Shown piece after piece: positions 31,201-41,239 of a DNA stretch of 64,000 nucleotides. Under the pieces are notes generated by a model. It had not been told where the DNA came from and did not search any database. It was given only the letters and a program-made list of their open reading frames with translations. The stretch is from Histomonas meleagridis 2922-C6/04-290x (Eukaryota > Protista > Parabasalia): NCBI GenBank assembly GCA_020184695.1, contig JAANOX010000136.1, positions 1 to 64,000 of the forward strand, given 5' to 3'. Made by a program: the position numbers and the translations under genes. The stretch's first letter is position 1. Each line of letters begins with the position of its first letter.

Positions 31201-32520
31201 CTACACATACTCAGAATCAGAAGTTGTTGTTGATGTATTTTCTGATGAAAAAATATCTATATTTTGAATTTGGAATGTTTTTATTTTAGCTTTTTCGATT
31301 TCTTTTAATGTGATAATAATTTGTGGTTCTACATATTTAGAAAATTTATTCATAAAATCAGTTGGCCATTTGTTTTGATTTATAACTTCTATATTTTGCA
31401 ATTGATTCCATTGTTGTTTATCAGAAGAATAAATCTTAAAAGTACCATTATTAATTTTAACTATTATACTATTACTTTTATACCAAAAACATTGTTGGAA
31501 AAGAGGTTCTGCATCACTTGATGTAATTTTACAATTTATTGTATTTGAAATTGGATCCCAAATCGAAATTGTCAATTTACAAATTATAAGAACAAGATTA
31601 GGAACTTCTAAATGTGGTAATAAATATGAAATTTGATCTATTTCTCCCCTTAATTCAAAAGAACTTAATAAACTATAATTTTTACATTCCCATGCAAACA
31701 CTTGTGAACCCGAACAACCGAAAAGCATTGAACAATCACATGAATAGCACATATTAACAAGATGTCGCCTATTGTTTTCTGAAACAGATAATGTATGTAA
31801 TAAAGATGGCCCATTTTTTTCTAATTTCCATATTTTGATTTCGCCATTTAAAGATGAACTTGTGATAAAGTTGAAATTTAAAATAGGATGAAACATAATG
31901 TCACATCCATTACTTGAATTATGTGCTTCTATTTTCCATCGATGATCAGTAAACATTGATTGAAGAACTAGGGTACCATCTTCAAAAATTAGTCCAAGTA
32001 ACTGTGCACCATTTGAAAAGCAGCACACAAGAATTGATCTTGAAAATAAATGATCTTTAATAACATCATATTTAGAACCATTATATTCAAGAACAAGAAA
32101 ATGTCCATCGTTATATCCAAGTGCAAGATATTTAGAACAGCATGAAAAGTCAGCTGAATTACAATAATCATCACCAGGTGAATAAATTTTTTGAACGATT
32201 TCTCCTGTAAAAAACGAAACTATATGTATAGTTGATTGATATACAATTAAAATGAAATGCTGATTAGGTGATAACATAAAAAATGAAACCGGGATTGAAA
32301 GTGGGTTTTTAAAGCAACAAAGAATTTGGAATGAATGAGAATCTGATATGTAAATTCCTCCTTTGGAATCAAAAAATAATATATAATTTACGGTTTCATC
32401 GATTAAACAAGATTTAATTTTTAAATTTTTATAGGAAACAGTTGTTTTGAGCATCATATTATTGACATCTTGAATGCACATGAAAGCTTTTTTCTGTAAA
32501 TATTCCCTAGAACAATACAT
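31201..32520 (-). CDS. WD40-repeat protein
   Basis: Multiple WD-like blades (SSSLNGEIKIWK, YLALGYNDGHF, ISIWD). Confidence 0.75.
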   Translation of the reverse strand: MYCSREYLQKKAFMCIQDVNNMMLKTTVSYKNLKIKSCLIDETVNYILFFDSKGGIYISDSHSFQILCCFKNPLSIPVSFFMLSPNQHFILIVYQSTIHIVSFFTGEIVQKIYSPGDDYCNSADFSCCSKYLALGYNDGHFLVLEYNGSKYDVIKDHLFSRSILVCCFSNGAQLLGLIFEDGTLVLQSMFTDHRWKIEAHNSSNGCDIMFHPILNFNFITSSSLNGEIKIWKLEKNGPSLLHTLSVSENNRRHLVNMCYSCDCSMLFGCSGSQVFAWECKNYSLLSSFELRGEIDQISYLLPHLEVPNLVLIICKLTISIWDPISNTINCKITSSDAEPLFQQCFWYKSNSIIVKINNGTFKIYSSDKQQWNQLQNIEVINQNKWPTDFMNKFSKYVEPQIIITLKEIEKAKIKTFQIQNIDIFSSENTSTTTSDSEYV

Positions 32521-32660
32521 TTTATAAAAATTTTAGGACGATAGACTGAGTTCAATTAATAAAATTTAAGCAGAAATACCTTCAACACTTAGTTAAAAGA
32601 TATTAAAGAAACCCAAAAGAGAAACAAACATATTTTTATTCTATTTTAAACACATTTTGA

Positions 32661-33137
32661 TCAAAATTTAATTACGATCTTGAAAGTACTTCTCTGTGGG
32701 ATTGCTTCTGTGGTTATATGAGCATTAGAAAAAATTCTTCCCCCAACTGCTTCATCAATACCAAGATCATCCTTAGCCCATTGAGTCATGATTTTTTCAA
32801 TTTCTTTTGTATCAATTGCATCTGGTTCTGCCAGAATAGCTAACGCTCTATCTTTTACTATATTTTGTCTTTGGATAGATGTAGTTCTATTTGTAGTGAA
32901 TTGATTAGTTCTATTATATGATGGCTTATCATTTTGATAAAGTCTTTTTCGTATTCTTTTTGCTGTAATTGTTTCAGCCATTTGCTCGTCTTCCCTTGTA
33001 ACATCAAAATTTGTTCTTGTAAAATTTGGGAAAGGGTTTGTTGCATAAATATTGTAGTTTGTATTCATATGCAATACGTTAAATTCCTTTATAACGTCCA
33101 CAGCACTTTTCATAAAACCAATTTTTATATCGGTCAA
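32661..33137 (-). CDS. Hypothetical protein
   Basis: 158-aa ORF with coding-like composition; no recognised motif. Confidence 0.55.
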   Translation of the reverse strand: MTDIKIGFMKSAVDVIKEFNVLHMNTNYNIYATNPFPNFTRTNFDVTREDEQMAETITAKRIRKRLYQNDKPSYNRTNQFTTNRTTSIQRQNIVKDRALAILAEPDAIDTKEIEKIMTQWAKDDLGIDEAVGGRIFSNAHITTEAIPQRSTFKIVIKF

Positions 33138-33287
33138 ACAAAAAGTCGTTACTGTTATTTTCCCTATAAAAAGTAGACAGCCGATAGAAAATTCTATTAA
33201 CGATAATTGATTTTCAGAACAATAATACGGTTCACTGCTTTGAATCTCTACCGGCAGTCCAGTAAAGCATGCGAAAATTCATTTCAA

Positions 33288-33449
33288 ATTTGAATTCTTC
33301 ATTTTGGGACTATTAATTAAAATCCAAATTTTAATTAATATATGAAGAATTCAAATTTTGATTTTTCTTCATTTTGGGACTATTAATTAAAACTTAAATT
33401 TTAATTAATATATGAAGAATTCAAATTTTGATTTTTCTTCATTTTGGGA
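33288..33449. repeat. Tandemly duplicated 70-bp foldback element
   Basis: 16-bp perfect arms AATTTGAATTCTTCAT (33288-33303) / ATGAAGAATTCAAATT (33342-33357) enclose inner arms ATTAATTAAAAT / ATTTTAATTAAT. The unit repeats with a 70-bp period. Confidence 0.8.
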
Positions 33450-33533
33450 ATATTTCCAATCATTTGACCAAATTGTAATATTTCGAAATATTATATAGAA
33501 CATCAGATTTATTAATAGTTCCAATTCCACTTC

Positions 33534-36350
33534 TTAACAATTGCACAAATAATTTTGGGGCGAACGATTTCCGAACGTTTTTTCGATTGCTTCTATCTTT
33601 GCCAATCTTTCCTTCGTTCCCTTTACGAACAGTTCCTCTCCTTGTGTCAACAACTGGTTCATGATCACGTATATCAAGTATCCTCTTAATTGTGACTTCG
33701 CCACCATTATATTGTTACCCAATGCGAATTTACATTTATCGTTTTTCTTTTCTATGATAATTCTAAAGAGGTCATCTTTAATTGCTGACAATGAAATAAT
33801 TGTTGCGAATGGAAGTTCATTAATTTTCTTAGACAAGTAAAAACCCGAATAATTAATGTATAATGCTACTGAACAATTTGTATCGATTTCTTCACGAGCG
33901 TTTGGTGCAAACACTAATCGAATCGAGTTTAATGTACATACGAATTTACCTTCATCAGTCTTCTGGCAAAACAAAGATAAAAAGTTACAAACAATTCCCA
34001 TGTTTCGATCATTAACAACTTCGTTAAAACTTTTCGTTCTTTGATCGACGTAATATACCGGAATTATGATTTCGGATATTGGTAAACATTCATCCAATTT
34101 CATTATTTCCTTAATGAGATCTTTGTTGTTATCAAGAATTTTAATGTTTTTGGAATCATTCATTAAGTTTAATGATCGAATCACTTCGAATATTAATGGA
34201 CGATGTGGTTTGATCGGATAAAATGGCGGAAGTGTAATTTCATTAATACGTGTTAAATCACATGGCGTAACTTGAGACTTAATTTCGAAGTCAACTTTAT
34301 CTACGGAGATATCAAATATTTCGTCGGGTTCTTCTGGTTCTTTCGTTTCTTTATATTCGACAAGTTTCGGCATCTCCAAATGATTTGTTAATAATTCAGT
34401 TAAATGTAATATTGAACATCCATAGATATCACGGATATATAATATACATTCCATAGGTTGTTGAACTAATTCATAAATTGTGTAAACCCGATTATGATAT
34501 ATGAAATGTGATGTTGGTTTACACTCTGGTAACGTTGGTAATGTGGAACGTATTCGTGGAAATCGAATTTGTAATAATATATTCGTTAAGTCTTGATTCA
34601 TTGGTATTGAGTATAAATTTGTCCATATGTTTGGAGTGGAGATTAATCCGCCAGAAGATGATATTTCAATTAATGCGATTTGTAAATATAAAAATTCATC
34701 TTCATGAAGTCGTTCTAATAAGTTTCGATTTGTTAGTTTCTCGATTAATTGATTTGTAATAAATGATGTAATGTTTAATGGCGAGATATATGGAATAGTT
34801 GTTAATAATAATAATAATGATATTAAAATGGTGATGTTGTCTAAATCTAAATTAAAAACAATGTCATTAAATATAGTCGAATTAAGTTGACGTCCAAATG
34901 TTGAGATTCCCCATAATAATGATAACTCCATTTGTGTGGATTCATCATTCTTTGTATTCTTTAAACAATAACTTTTGAGGACTTTGGATGGATAATGAAA
35001 TGATTTTAATGAACTTAAATTAATAGCAAATGAAAATAATGAAAATGGAACCGTATGATTATCTTCATTAAATTGATAACTGTCAGAAATATGTGGTACA
35101 ATACTTAATACTTCTGATGACATATAAAAATATAATTGAAACTCGTTTGAGACAAAAAAGTTTTGCATCTCGGAGACCGTTATGCTATCGGTTTGTAAAT
35201 ATTTCAAACATATTGAATTTAACCGTTTGATGAAAAACGATCGTAATGGCATCAATGTTTGATCAAAGCCTGAAAGACTTACAAGCCAAATAGTACTCTT
35301 TAAGATTTGTAGATGGAGCTTTTGTTCTAAAATAAAAATAGATTTAAGAATTAAGAAATTACAAATAATATATACAGGAAATTTTGGAACATAAACAAAT
35401 GGAAAGGTAGTACAAACTTCATTGATCTTCTCTGTGACTTCACGAAGACATTTGGAATAATATTCCAAGGTCTCATCAAATTTAATAGCAACTTCAAAAT
35501 TAAGAAGAAGAATAAGAATGGGCATGAATTGCTTGTTGTCTGTGGGTGAGCTAGCTGGATCTATGTACTGATCAATAGCTTTTATTGAATACTTCGAAAA
35601 TAACTCACACCAAATTCTAATGAAAACTTTGTTCCGAGACCATGATTCCCATTTTTCTTTGAAGTAATTGATGTTTACTTCAGGATAATGAACTTGAATT
35701 AAGATAATATGTGAGATAAGTGATCTTGTATATGCTGATAAATGTTCAACCCAGTTTGGAACAGATGCATAAGTTTGAATGTCACTGAAGAAGTTGTTTG
35801 AGATAACAAAATGAATAATTCCAATAATGACATTGAACATAAATTTCCATGTTTTAACACCAATATTATTGTTGTGAACATACCTAATGAGTTCTGAAAT
35901 GTTCCCTGTGATGTTTTTGATAATTAAAAGTCTGCTTTCTGGAATTTCTAAAGGATTATTAGAAGGAAGATCCTTTGGAACAAAACTAGGGCAATTAAAA
36001 ACGCAAGAAAGATGTTGAATCGCTTTCTTAACAAGGCTTTCTCTGAGTTGATTATCATTAAGAACAATAGGACGGTTAAGAATGTACTTATAAATTTCAA
36101 AATTTGAAATAATTTGTTCAGAATTAACTGAAGGGTGTTTATAACTCCATCCAATAAATTGGAAGCCAGTATTAATTCCATTAACTGTTTCAAAAATTGG
36201 AGATTGAAATGGCATTTGTGATTTCCAATCTTGAATCAAAGCAAAAAGATTTTTGCTTTGTAAAGGAATTATGTCTAAGCAATCATATCCTTCTGTAATA
36301 AATTTTTGTTGAACAATATCTTCAAGGATTAATTCTGATTCATCATTCAT
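33534..36350 (-). CDS. Large helical protein with possible degenerate C-terminal Rap/Ran-GAP domain
   Basis: 938-aa ORF. The C-terminal IIIPVYYV...NFLSLF architecture is reminiscent of tuberin/RalGAP-type proteins; the resemblance is weak. Confidence 0.45.
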   Translation of the reverse strand: MNDESELILEDIVQQKFITEGYDCLDIIPLQSKNLFALIQDWKSQMPFQSPIFETVNGINTGFQFIGWSYKHPSVNSEQIISNFEIYKYILNRPIVLNDNQLRESLVKKAIQHLSCVFNCPSFVPKDLPSNNPLEIPESRLLIIKNITGNISELIRYVHNNNIGVKTWKFMFNVIIGIIHFVISNNFFSDIQTYASVPNWVEHLSAYTRSLISHIILIQVHYPEVNINYFKEKWESWSRNKVFIRIWCELFSKYSIKAIDQYIDPASSPTDNKQFMPILILLLNFEVAIKFDETLEYYSKCLREVTEKINEVCTTFPFVYVPKFPVYIICNFLILKSIFILEQKLHLQILKSTIWLVSLSGFDQTLMPLRSFFIKRLNSICLKYLQTDSITVSEMQNFFVSNEFQLYFYMSSEVLSIVPHISDSYQFNEDNHTVPFSLFSFAINLSSLKSFHYPSKVLKSYCLKNTKNDESTQMELSLLWGISTFGRQLNSTIFNDIVFNLDLDNITILISLLLLLTTIPYISPLNITSFITNQLIEKLTNRNLLERLHEDEFLYLQIALIEISSSGGLISTPNIWTNLYSIPMNQDLTNILLQIRFPRIRSTLPTLPECKPTSHFIYHNRVYTIYELVQQPMECILYIRDIYGCSILHLTELLTNHLEMPKLVEYKETKEPEEPDEIFDISVDKVDFEIKSQVTPCDLTRINEITLPPFYPIKPHRPLIFEVIRSLNLMNDSKNIKILDNNKDLIKEIMKLDECLPISEIIIPVYYVDQRTKSFNEVVNDRNMGIVCNFLSLFCQKTDEGKFVCTLNSIRLVFAPNAREEIDTNCSVALYINYSGFYLSKKINELPFATIISLSAIKDDLFRIIIEKKNDKCKFALGNNIMVAKSQLRGYLIYVIMNQLLTQGEELFVKGTKERLAKIEAIEKTFGNRSPQNYLCNC

Positions 36351-36775
36351 TCCAAACTACACCACTTTTTAACAGAATTATTCCGGTTAGTCAAATCAAA
36401 AAATAGCAAAAAAATAACGTTTTCAGAGACCAAAAAATCTCCTAAAAAATCATAACTGTACATCACATCAAGAGTGCTTAGTGATACACAAAGTTCTAAT
36501 CAAATAAAATATATTCAAGAATTACTATATTATTTAAAATAAAAAAATTTTTAAATTGATCAATTGAAAATTTTTTTCGATTAAAAATAATAATATCACG
36601 AATAAAAATGAAATAAAGAGATATTATTTTAAGTCCTTGAACAATATGTCTAAAACATTGAGTCAGATATTTATGTTACAGAAAACAAATTTACACTAAA
36701 AGTGGAATGATATTTTATTAGGGTGCCCCAATTCTATGACCATTGCACTTTCAAAATTCAGTATGTAAAAGTGGT

Positions 36776-36785
36776 CATTTCACTT
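36776..36785 (+). promoter_or_regulatory. Trichomonad initiator (Inr) motifs TCATT/TCACT upstream of pgk
   Basis: TCATTTCACT lies 8-17 nt before the ATG, matching the TCAY(T/A) Inr known in trichomonads. Confidence 0.6.
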
Positions 36786-36792
36786 TAAAGTG

Positions 36793-38055
36793 ATGCTTGG
36801 AAACAAACTCACACTTGCTGATCTTACATCAAAAGAACTTGGTGGAAAGCGCGTTGTTATGCGTGTCGACTATAACGTCCCATTCAACAAGGAAGGACAA
36901 ATCTCTAACAATCAACGTATCACAGAAACAATCCCAACAATCAACGAAATCTTCGAAAAGGGTGCCAAGAGCATTGTTCTTCTTTCCCACCTTGGTCGTC
37001 CAATGGGTCGTGTTGATCCAAAATCATCCCTTAAACCAGTTGCTGAACGCCTTCAAGAACTCATCAAGAAGCCAGTTCAATTCTTCAACGACTGCATTGG
37101 TCCAGAAGTAGAAGCAGCTGTTGCTAACCCACCACAAGGTTCAATCATCCTTCTCGAAAACGTTCGTTTCCATATTGAAGAAGAAGGCTCAGGTCTTGAT
37201 GCTGAAGGTAACAAGATCAAGGCTGACAAGGCTGCCATTGAAGAATTCTGCAAGAAACTTACCTCATATGGTGATGTTTACATCAATGATGCCTTCGGTA
37301 CAGCTCACCGTGCACACGCCTCCATGGTTGGTGTCAAGCTTCCAATCCGTGCTGCTGGTAACCTTATCAAGCGTGAACTTGATGCATTTGTTCCAATTCT
37401 TGAAAAGCCAAATCGTCCACTTCTTTCCATCCTTGGTGGCTCAAAGGTCACAGATAAGATCAAGCTCATCAACAATCTTCTTGATAAAGTTGATGAAATG
37501 ATCATCACAGGTGGTATGGTTTACACATTCATGAAAGTTGGCTTCGGTGTTGAAATCGGTGACTCAATCTTCGATGAAAAGGGTGCTGAAATCGTTCCAC
37601 AACTTCTCGAAAAGGCCAAGGCTAAGAATGTCAAACTTTACCTTGCTAAAGACTTCATGTGCGGTGATGCATTCAAGCCAGACTGCAACACTAAGGTCTT
37701 CACACTCGAAGAAGGCATTGCTAAGGGTTGGTCTGGTCTCGATGCAGGACCTGCAACAATCGAATCCTACAAGGAAGCAATTGCCAAGGCAAACACAATC
37801 ATCTGGAACGGTCCAGCCGGTGTTTACGAATTCGAGAAGTTCCAAGTTGGTACACGTGCTATCCTTGACGCAGTTGCAGCTGCTAAAGAACGCGGTGCAC
37901 TCGTTGTTATCGGTGGTGGTGATTGCGCTGCATGCGCTATGCAATGGGGATACACTGATAAGATCAGCCACATCTCTACTGGCGGCGGTGCTTCACTCCA
38001 ACTTCTCGAAGGTGGTGAAATGCCAGGACTCACAAGCCTTAGCGATAAGCAATAA
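36793..38055 (+). CDS. pgk: Phosphoglycerate kinase
   Basis: RVVMRVDYNVP, LLENVRFH, DAFGTAHRAHASM, IWNGPAGV and HISTGGGASL motifs; strong codon bias. Confidence 0.98.
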   Translation: MLGNKLTLADLTSKELGGKRVVMRVDYNVPFNKEGQISNNQRITETIPTINEIFEKGAKSIVLLSHLGRPMGRVDPKSSLKPVAERLQELIKKPVQFFNDCIGPEVEAAVANPPQGSIILLENVRFHIEEEGSGLDAEGNKIKADKAAIEEFCKKLTSYGDVYINDAFGTAHRAHASMVGVKLPIRAAGNLIKRELDAFVPILEKPNRPLLSILGGSKVTDKIKLINNLLDKVDEMIITGGMVYTFMKVGFGVEIGDSIFDEKGAEIVPQLLEKAKAKNVKLYLAKDFMCGDAFKPDCNTKVFTLEEGIAKGWSGLDAGPATIESYKEAIAKANTIIWNGPAGVYEFEKFQVGTRAILDAVAAAKERGALVVIGGGDCAACAMQWGYTDKISHISTGGGASLQLLEGGEMPGLTSLSDKQ

Positions 38056-38223
38056 AGAGCAAATCTAAAGAAGAATTTAAACTTTTTGGATAAATTTGAA
38101 CGTTAGACAAACATTTAAAATTAATTAATGCCAAACGCCGATATGAAATTTTGTGACAAAAAATGTCTTTTGAATGCAAATTGAATGACGCAAATTGTGA
38201 AGAAGCGTCACAAATAAGTTTTG

Positions 38224-39435
38224 ATGGAAATGGCGCTCATTCTGTTTGTATTTTTTCATTCTTCAGCTCAGACTTATTATGGTTCTAATCAGACTTTAGT
38301 AATACATAATGTTTGTGAATTTGAGTCAAGAAATGATTATAAACCGAATACATTACATCTTCAGATATATGAAATTAATATTATAGAAACAAATGCATTT
38401 GAAAATTGGAATATCATATCGCTTATCATTGGTGCTGGAGTCATAAATACTGGGCAGTCATCATTTCGACGTTGTGAAAAATTAGCTACCGTAACATTTA
38501 GTGGAAATTTAAATATAATTGGGCGATATTCCTTTTATTTCTGTAGTAATTTGTCAAGTATTATAATACCTGATTCCGTAACACAAATCTTAGAAAGAGC
38601 ATTCAGAGAATGCTCTAATTTAAATACTCTTATTATTGGAAAAAATGTAAACACAATTGGTAGTAATGCTTTTGTCTGTTGTTCTCTCACATGTATCTTT
38701 TTTAGCGGAATTTCAGAGCCTATTGACATTTCATCATCTGCATTTCAAAGCATTAACACATCTGTTGTTACTGTAACAACTGAATATGTCAATCAAACTT
38801 TTGGAGGCTTCGAAGTAAGGAATTCAACAGGAGACTGCCCTCCTTCCACAATTCTTTCATTTACAGTATCAAACACATTTTCACATACAAATACAATTTC
38901 TTATTCTAACACATTATCTAATTTAATAACATTTACTGATTCCAATACATTTTCAAGTTCGAATTCAATTTCTTATTCGAATACTTATGATGACTCAGTT
39001 ACGTTTTCACTTATTTTAACCTACTCTATGTTTCTCACGAATACCGTTTCCATTTTCTTATATATATCCAAATCATTTATGTTTGATAATGTCAATTCGA
39101 TATACATATATTCTGATATAATTTTTTATGGATATGTTCATGTTACGTATTCATCATTTTATTGTTATTCAGCTTTAACTATATTTTATACTTCATATTC
39201 ATCAATAAATCAAAACGTTATATCTAAATCAACTTTAATTGGAATTGTTTGCGGTGCTGTTGCAATTGTTTTATTGATTATTGGAATTGTAGTTTTCTTA
39301 TTCAAACATAAGGAAAATGTAATTTCTTCTTCACAAAGTAGTTCAAAACAATGTATGACATCGAATGAAAGAAATGAAATCGTTAATAATGAAATAAAGA
39401 ATTTTGCACTTAACGAAAATGATCAATGGATATAA
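38224..39435 (+). CDS. BspA-like (TpLRR/LRR_5) surface protein: signal peptide, LRRs, S/T stalk, TM, short tail
   Basis: IIIPDSVTQILERAFRECSNL repeats, SNT-rich stalk, LIGIVCGAVAIVLLIIGIVVFL TM segment. Confidence 0.88.
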   Translation: MEMALILFVFFHSSAQTYYGSNQTLVIHNVCEFESRNDYKPNTLHLQIYEINIIETNAFENWNIISLIIGAGVINTGQSSFRRCEKLATVTFSGNLNIIGRYSFYFCSNLSSIIIPDSVTQILERAFRECSNLNTLIIGKNVNTIGSNAFVCCSLTCIFFSGISEPIDISSSAFQSINTSVVTVTTEYVNQTFGGFEVRNSTGDCPPSTILSFTVSNTFSHTNTISYSNTLSNLITFTDSNTFSSSNSISYSNTYDDSVTFSLILTYSMFLTNTVSIFLYISKSFMFDNVNSIYIYSDIIFYGYVHVTYSSFYCYSALTIFYTSYSSINQNVISKSTLIGIVCGAVAIVLLIIGIVVFLFKHKENVISSSQSSSKQCMTSNERNEIVNNEIKNFALNENDQWI

Positions 39436-39802
39436 TTGTCATGAAAAAAACATTATTGATCTATGTATAAATATAAACTTTGAATAATGTTAATAAATAT
39501 ATATTATAAATATTTATATTTTCACTAATCAGAAAAAATATTTCATGTTTTGCTATAAGAGTTGACAAATATTATAAAAAGCGTTCATTGAAATGTAATA
39601 ATATAAAATATTTTAAGATATTTAATAATGAGATAATGTAATAATGGATGATCCAATAACTATTACAACTAAAATAAAATTTGAAGAATGATCCGAAAAC
39701 CATTAAATAAACTTTTTATATTATTAAAATAACATTTACAAATTATTTAATATCACGAAATCTTTGGAAAGTGTTTTTATTACAATAAATTTCATACACT
39801 CA

Positions 39803-40705
39803 TTAATTCTTTACATCGATGAGATACCTATCAATGCACTGCAGCAATACCTTCGTGAAGTCCTCGGAAAACTTCATCTGGCAAACGCAAGAATCGATTT
39901 GATTTTTGTCTCCACTGCAAATTGCATTCCAAATTTGGATGACGCGCTCTTGTTGTGACTGATTCAAGCCGGATAAATTGTTTAGATCAATTTCATTATC
40001 TTCTTTTTGATCTTTTTTCTTTTCTTTTTCTTTGGCAATTTGTGCAACAGCTTGATGAATAAGAGAACAAAGAATTTTGATTTCGTCATCTTCTTGTTCT
40101 CTAATATCTTTGTTGTCAATAAGATTACATGCAAGATCAAGTCTGTCGGGGCACATAGCGTATGAGTAAATGGCTTTGAAGAGTGCTTCTTTCATTATTC
40201 GTTGCAAATTTGAAAAATTTTTTTTATCGAGACAGATTAAAACAGCTTCTTCAAAAGAGTTACCCGCAGGATGATGCCAACCAAAACGAGATTCAAGTTC
40301 TCCGAGTTTAATAAGGGTTGATACAGATAAATAATTCTTATTTTCTGAAATAAGCATCTCTGTTACATCATTATAACACTGAATTGCATTGCATAATGGA
40401 TCTTCCCATGAATCTTTGAGTGTGGCATTACTTGAACCTGAAATTTTAAAATTAAATTTGGCTGCTTGAGTAAACTTTTGTGCTGCTTTCATACCATACT
40501 TAATTGCCTTTTCCTTGTTGCCTGCTTTTTCATAGCATTGCATTTCTCCCATTAAGGCAAGTGCTATTGTATTATATTGAAATGGATTATCTTCATCTTG
40601 ACTTATTACAAGACTGTCATATCTTAGTGCAAGTTCACAGAGCTTTTTTGGTCTAGTTGTTTTAGATAGAATCGTATTAATTTCATCGTATGTTTGCGGA
40701 AACAT
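39803..40705 (-). CDS. TPR-like helical protein resembling HAP40 (F8A) / SNAP family
   Basis: Pattern Y..IALA...QCYEKAG...AAQKF...EDPL.NAIQCY...AGNSFEEA, recalled as similar to HAP40; not searched. Confidence 0.45.
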   Translation of the reverse strand: MFPQTYDEINTILSKTTRPKKLCELALRYDSLVISQDEDNPFQYNTIALALMGEMQCYEKAGNKEKAIKYGMKAAQKFTQAAKFNFKISGSSNATLKDSWEDPLCNAIQCYNDVTEMLISENKNYLSVSTLIKLGELESRFGWHHPAGNSFEEAVLICLDKKNFSNLQRIMKEALFKAIYSYAMCPDRLDLACNLIDNKDIREQEDDEIKILCSLIHQAVAQIAKEKEKKKDQKEDNEIDLNNLSGLNQSQQERVIQIWNAICSGDKNQIDSCVCQMKFSEDFTKVLLQCIDRYLIDVKN

Positions 40706-41239
40706 TTTTTTGACACAAAAAGTGACCCCATTCCATTAGAACAAAGTCTCATGTCTTACACCTAACATTACATTCTCCACATTATGACAATGCTTTTTTC
40801 TTTAATAAATCGTGTGTCGTTGAGTTATTATAAAATTTTTTTTTCTCATTTTTAATATAGAAAAAAATGTTATGTTCAAAGATATTTACTATGTATATTC
40901 AAAATGGGCATGAAAAGGATCCATAACTTTGATATTCTAAAAAGTTGATTTCAAGTGTGTAACCAAAATTAATTAATAAATTTTCTAATTTTATGATCAA
41001 AGGACTTCGAAGTTGTTATAGGTTTTGAACAAATAAAGCAATATATCCAGGAATAATAATTTCATCACATCTAATGAAGTAAAATCTTTCTTGTTATGTT
41101 TTCCAGTTTGCCGATAAGGAAATTGATTATAAAACGATTTCTTTTGATTCAATTTTTGAACTCATACCAAAAAAGTGCAATTTCACATAGTTTAAATTCA
41201 TTTCTATTTTTATTATCAAAAGAACAAATTTTTGTATTG

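Noticed and set aside
36797-38068. Long alternative-frame and antisense ORFs over pgk
   Set aside because: These are an expected by-product of strong codon bias in a highly expressed gene.
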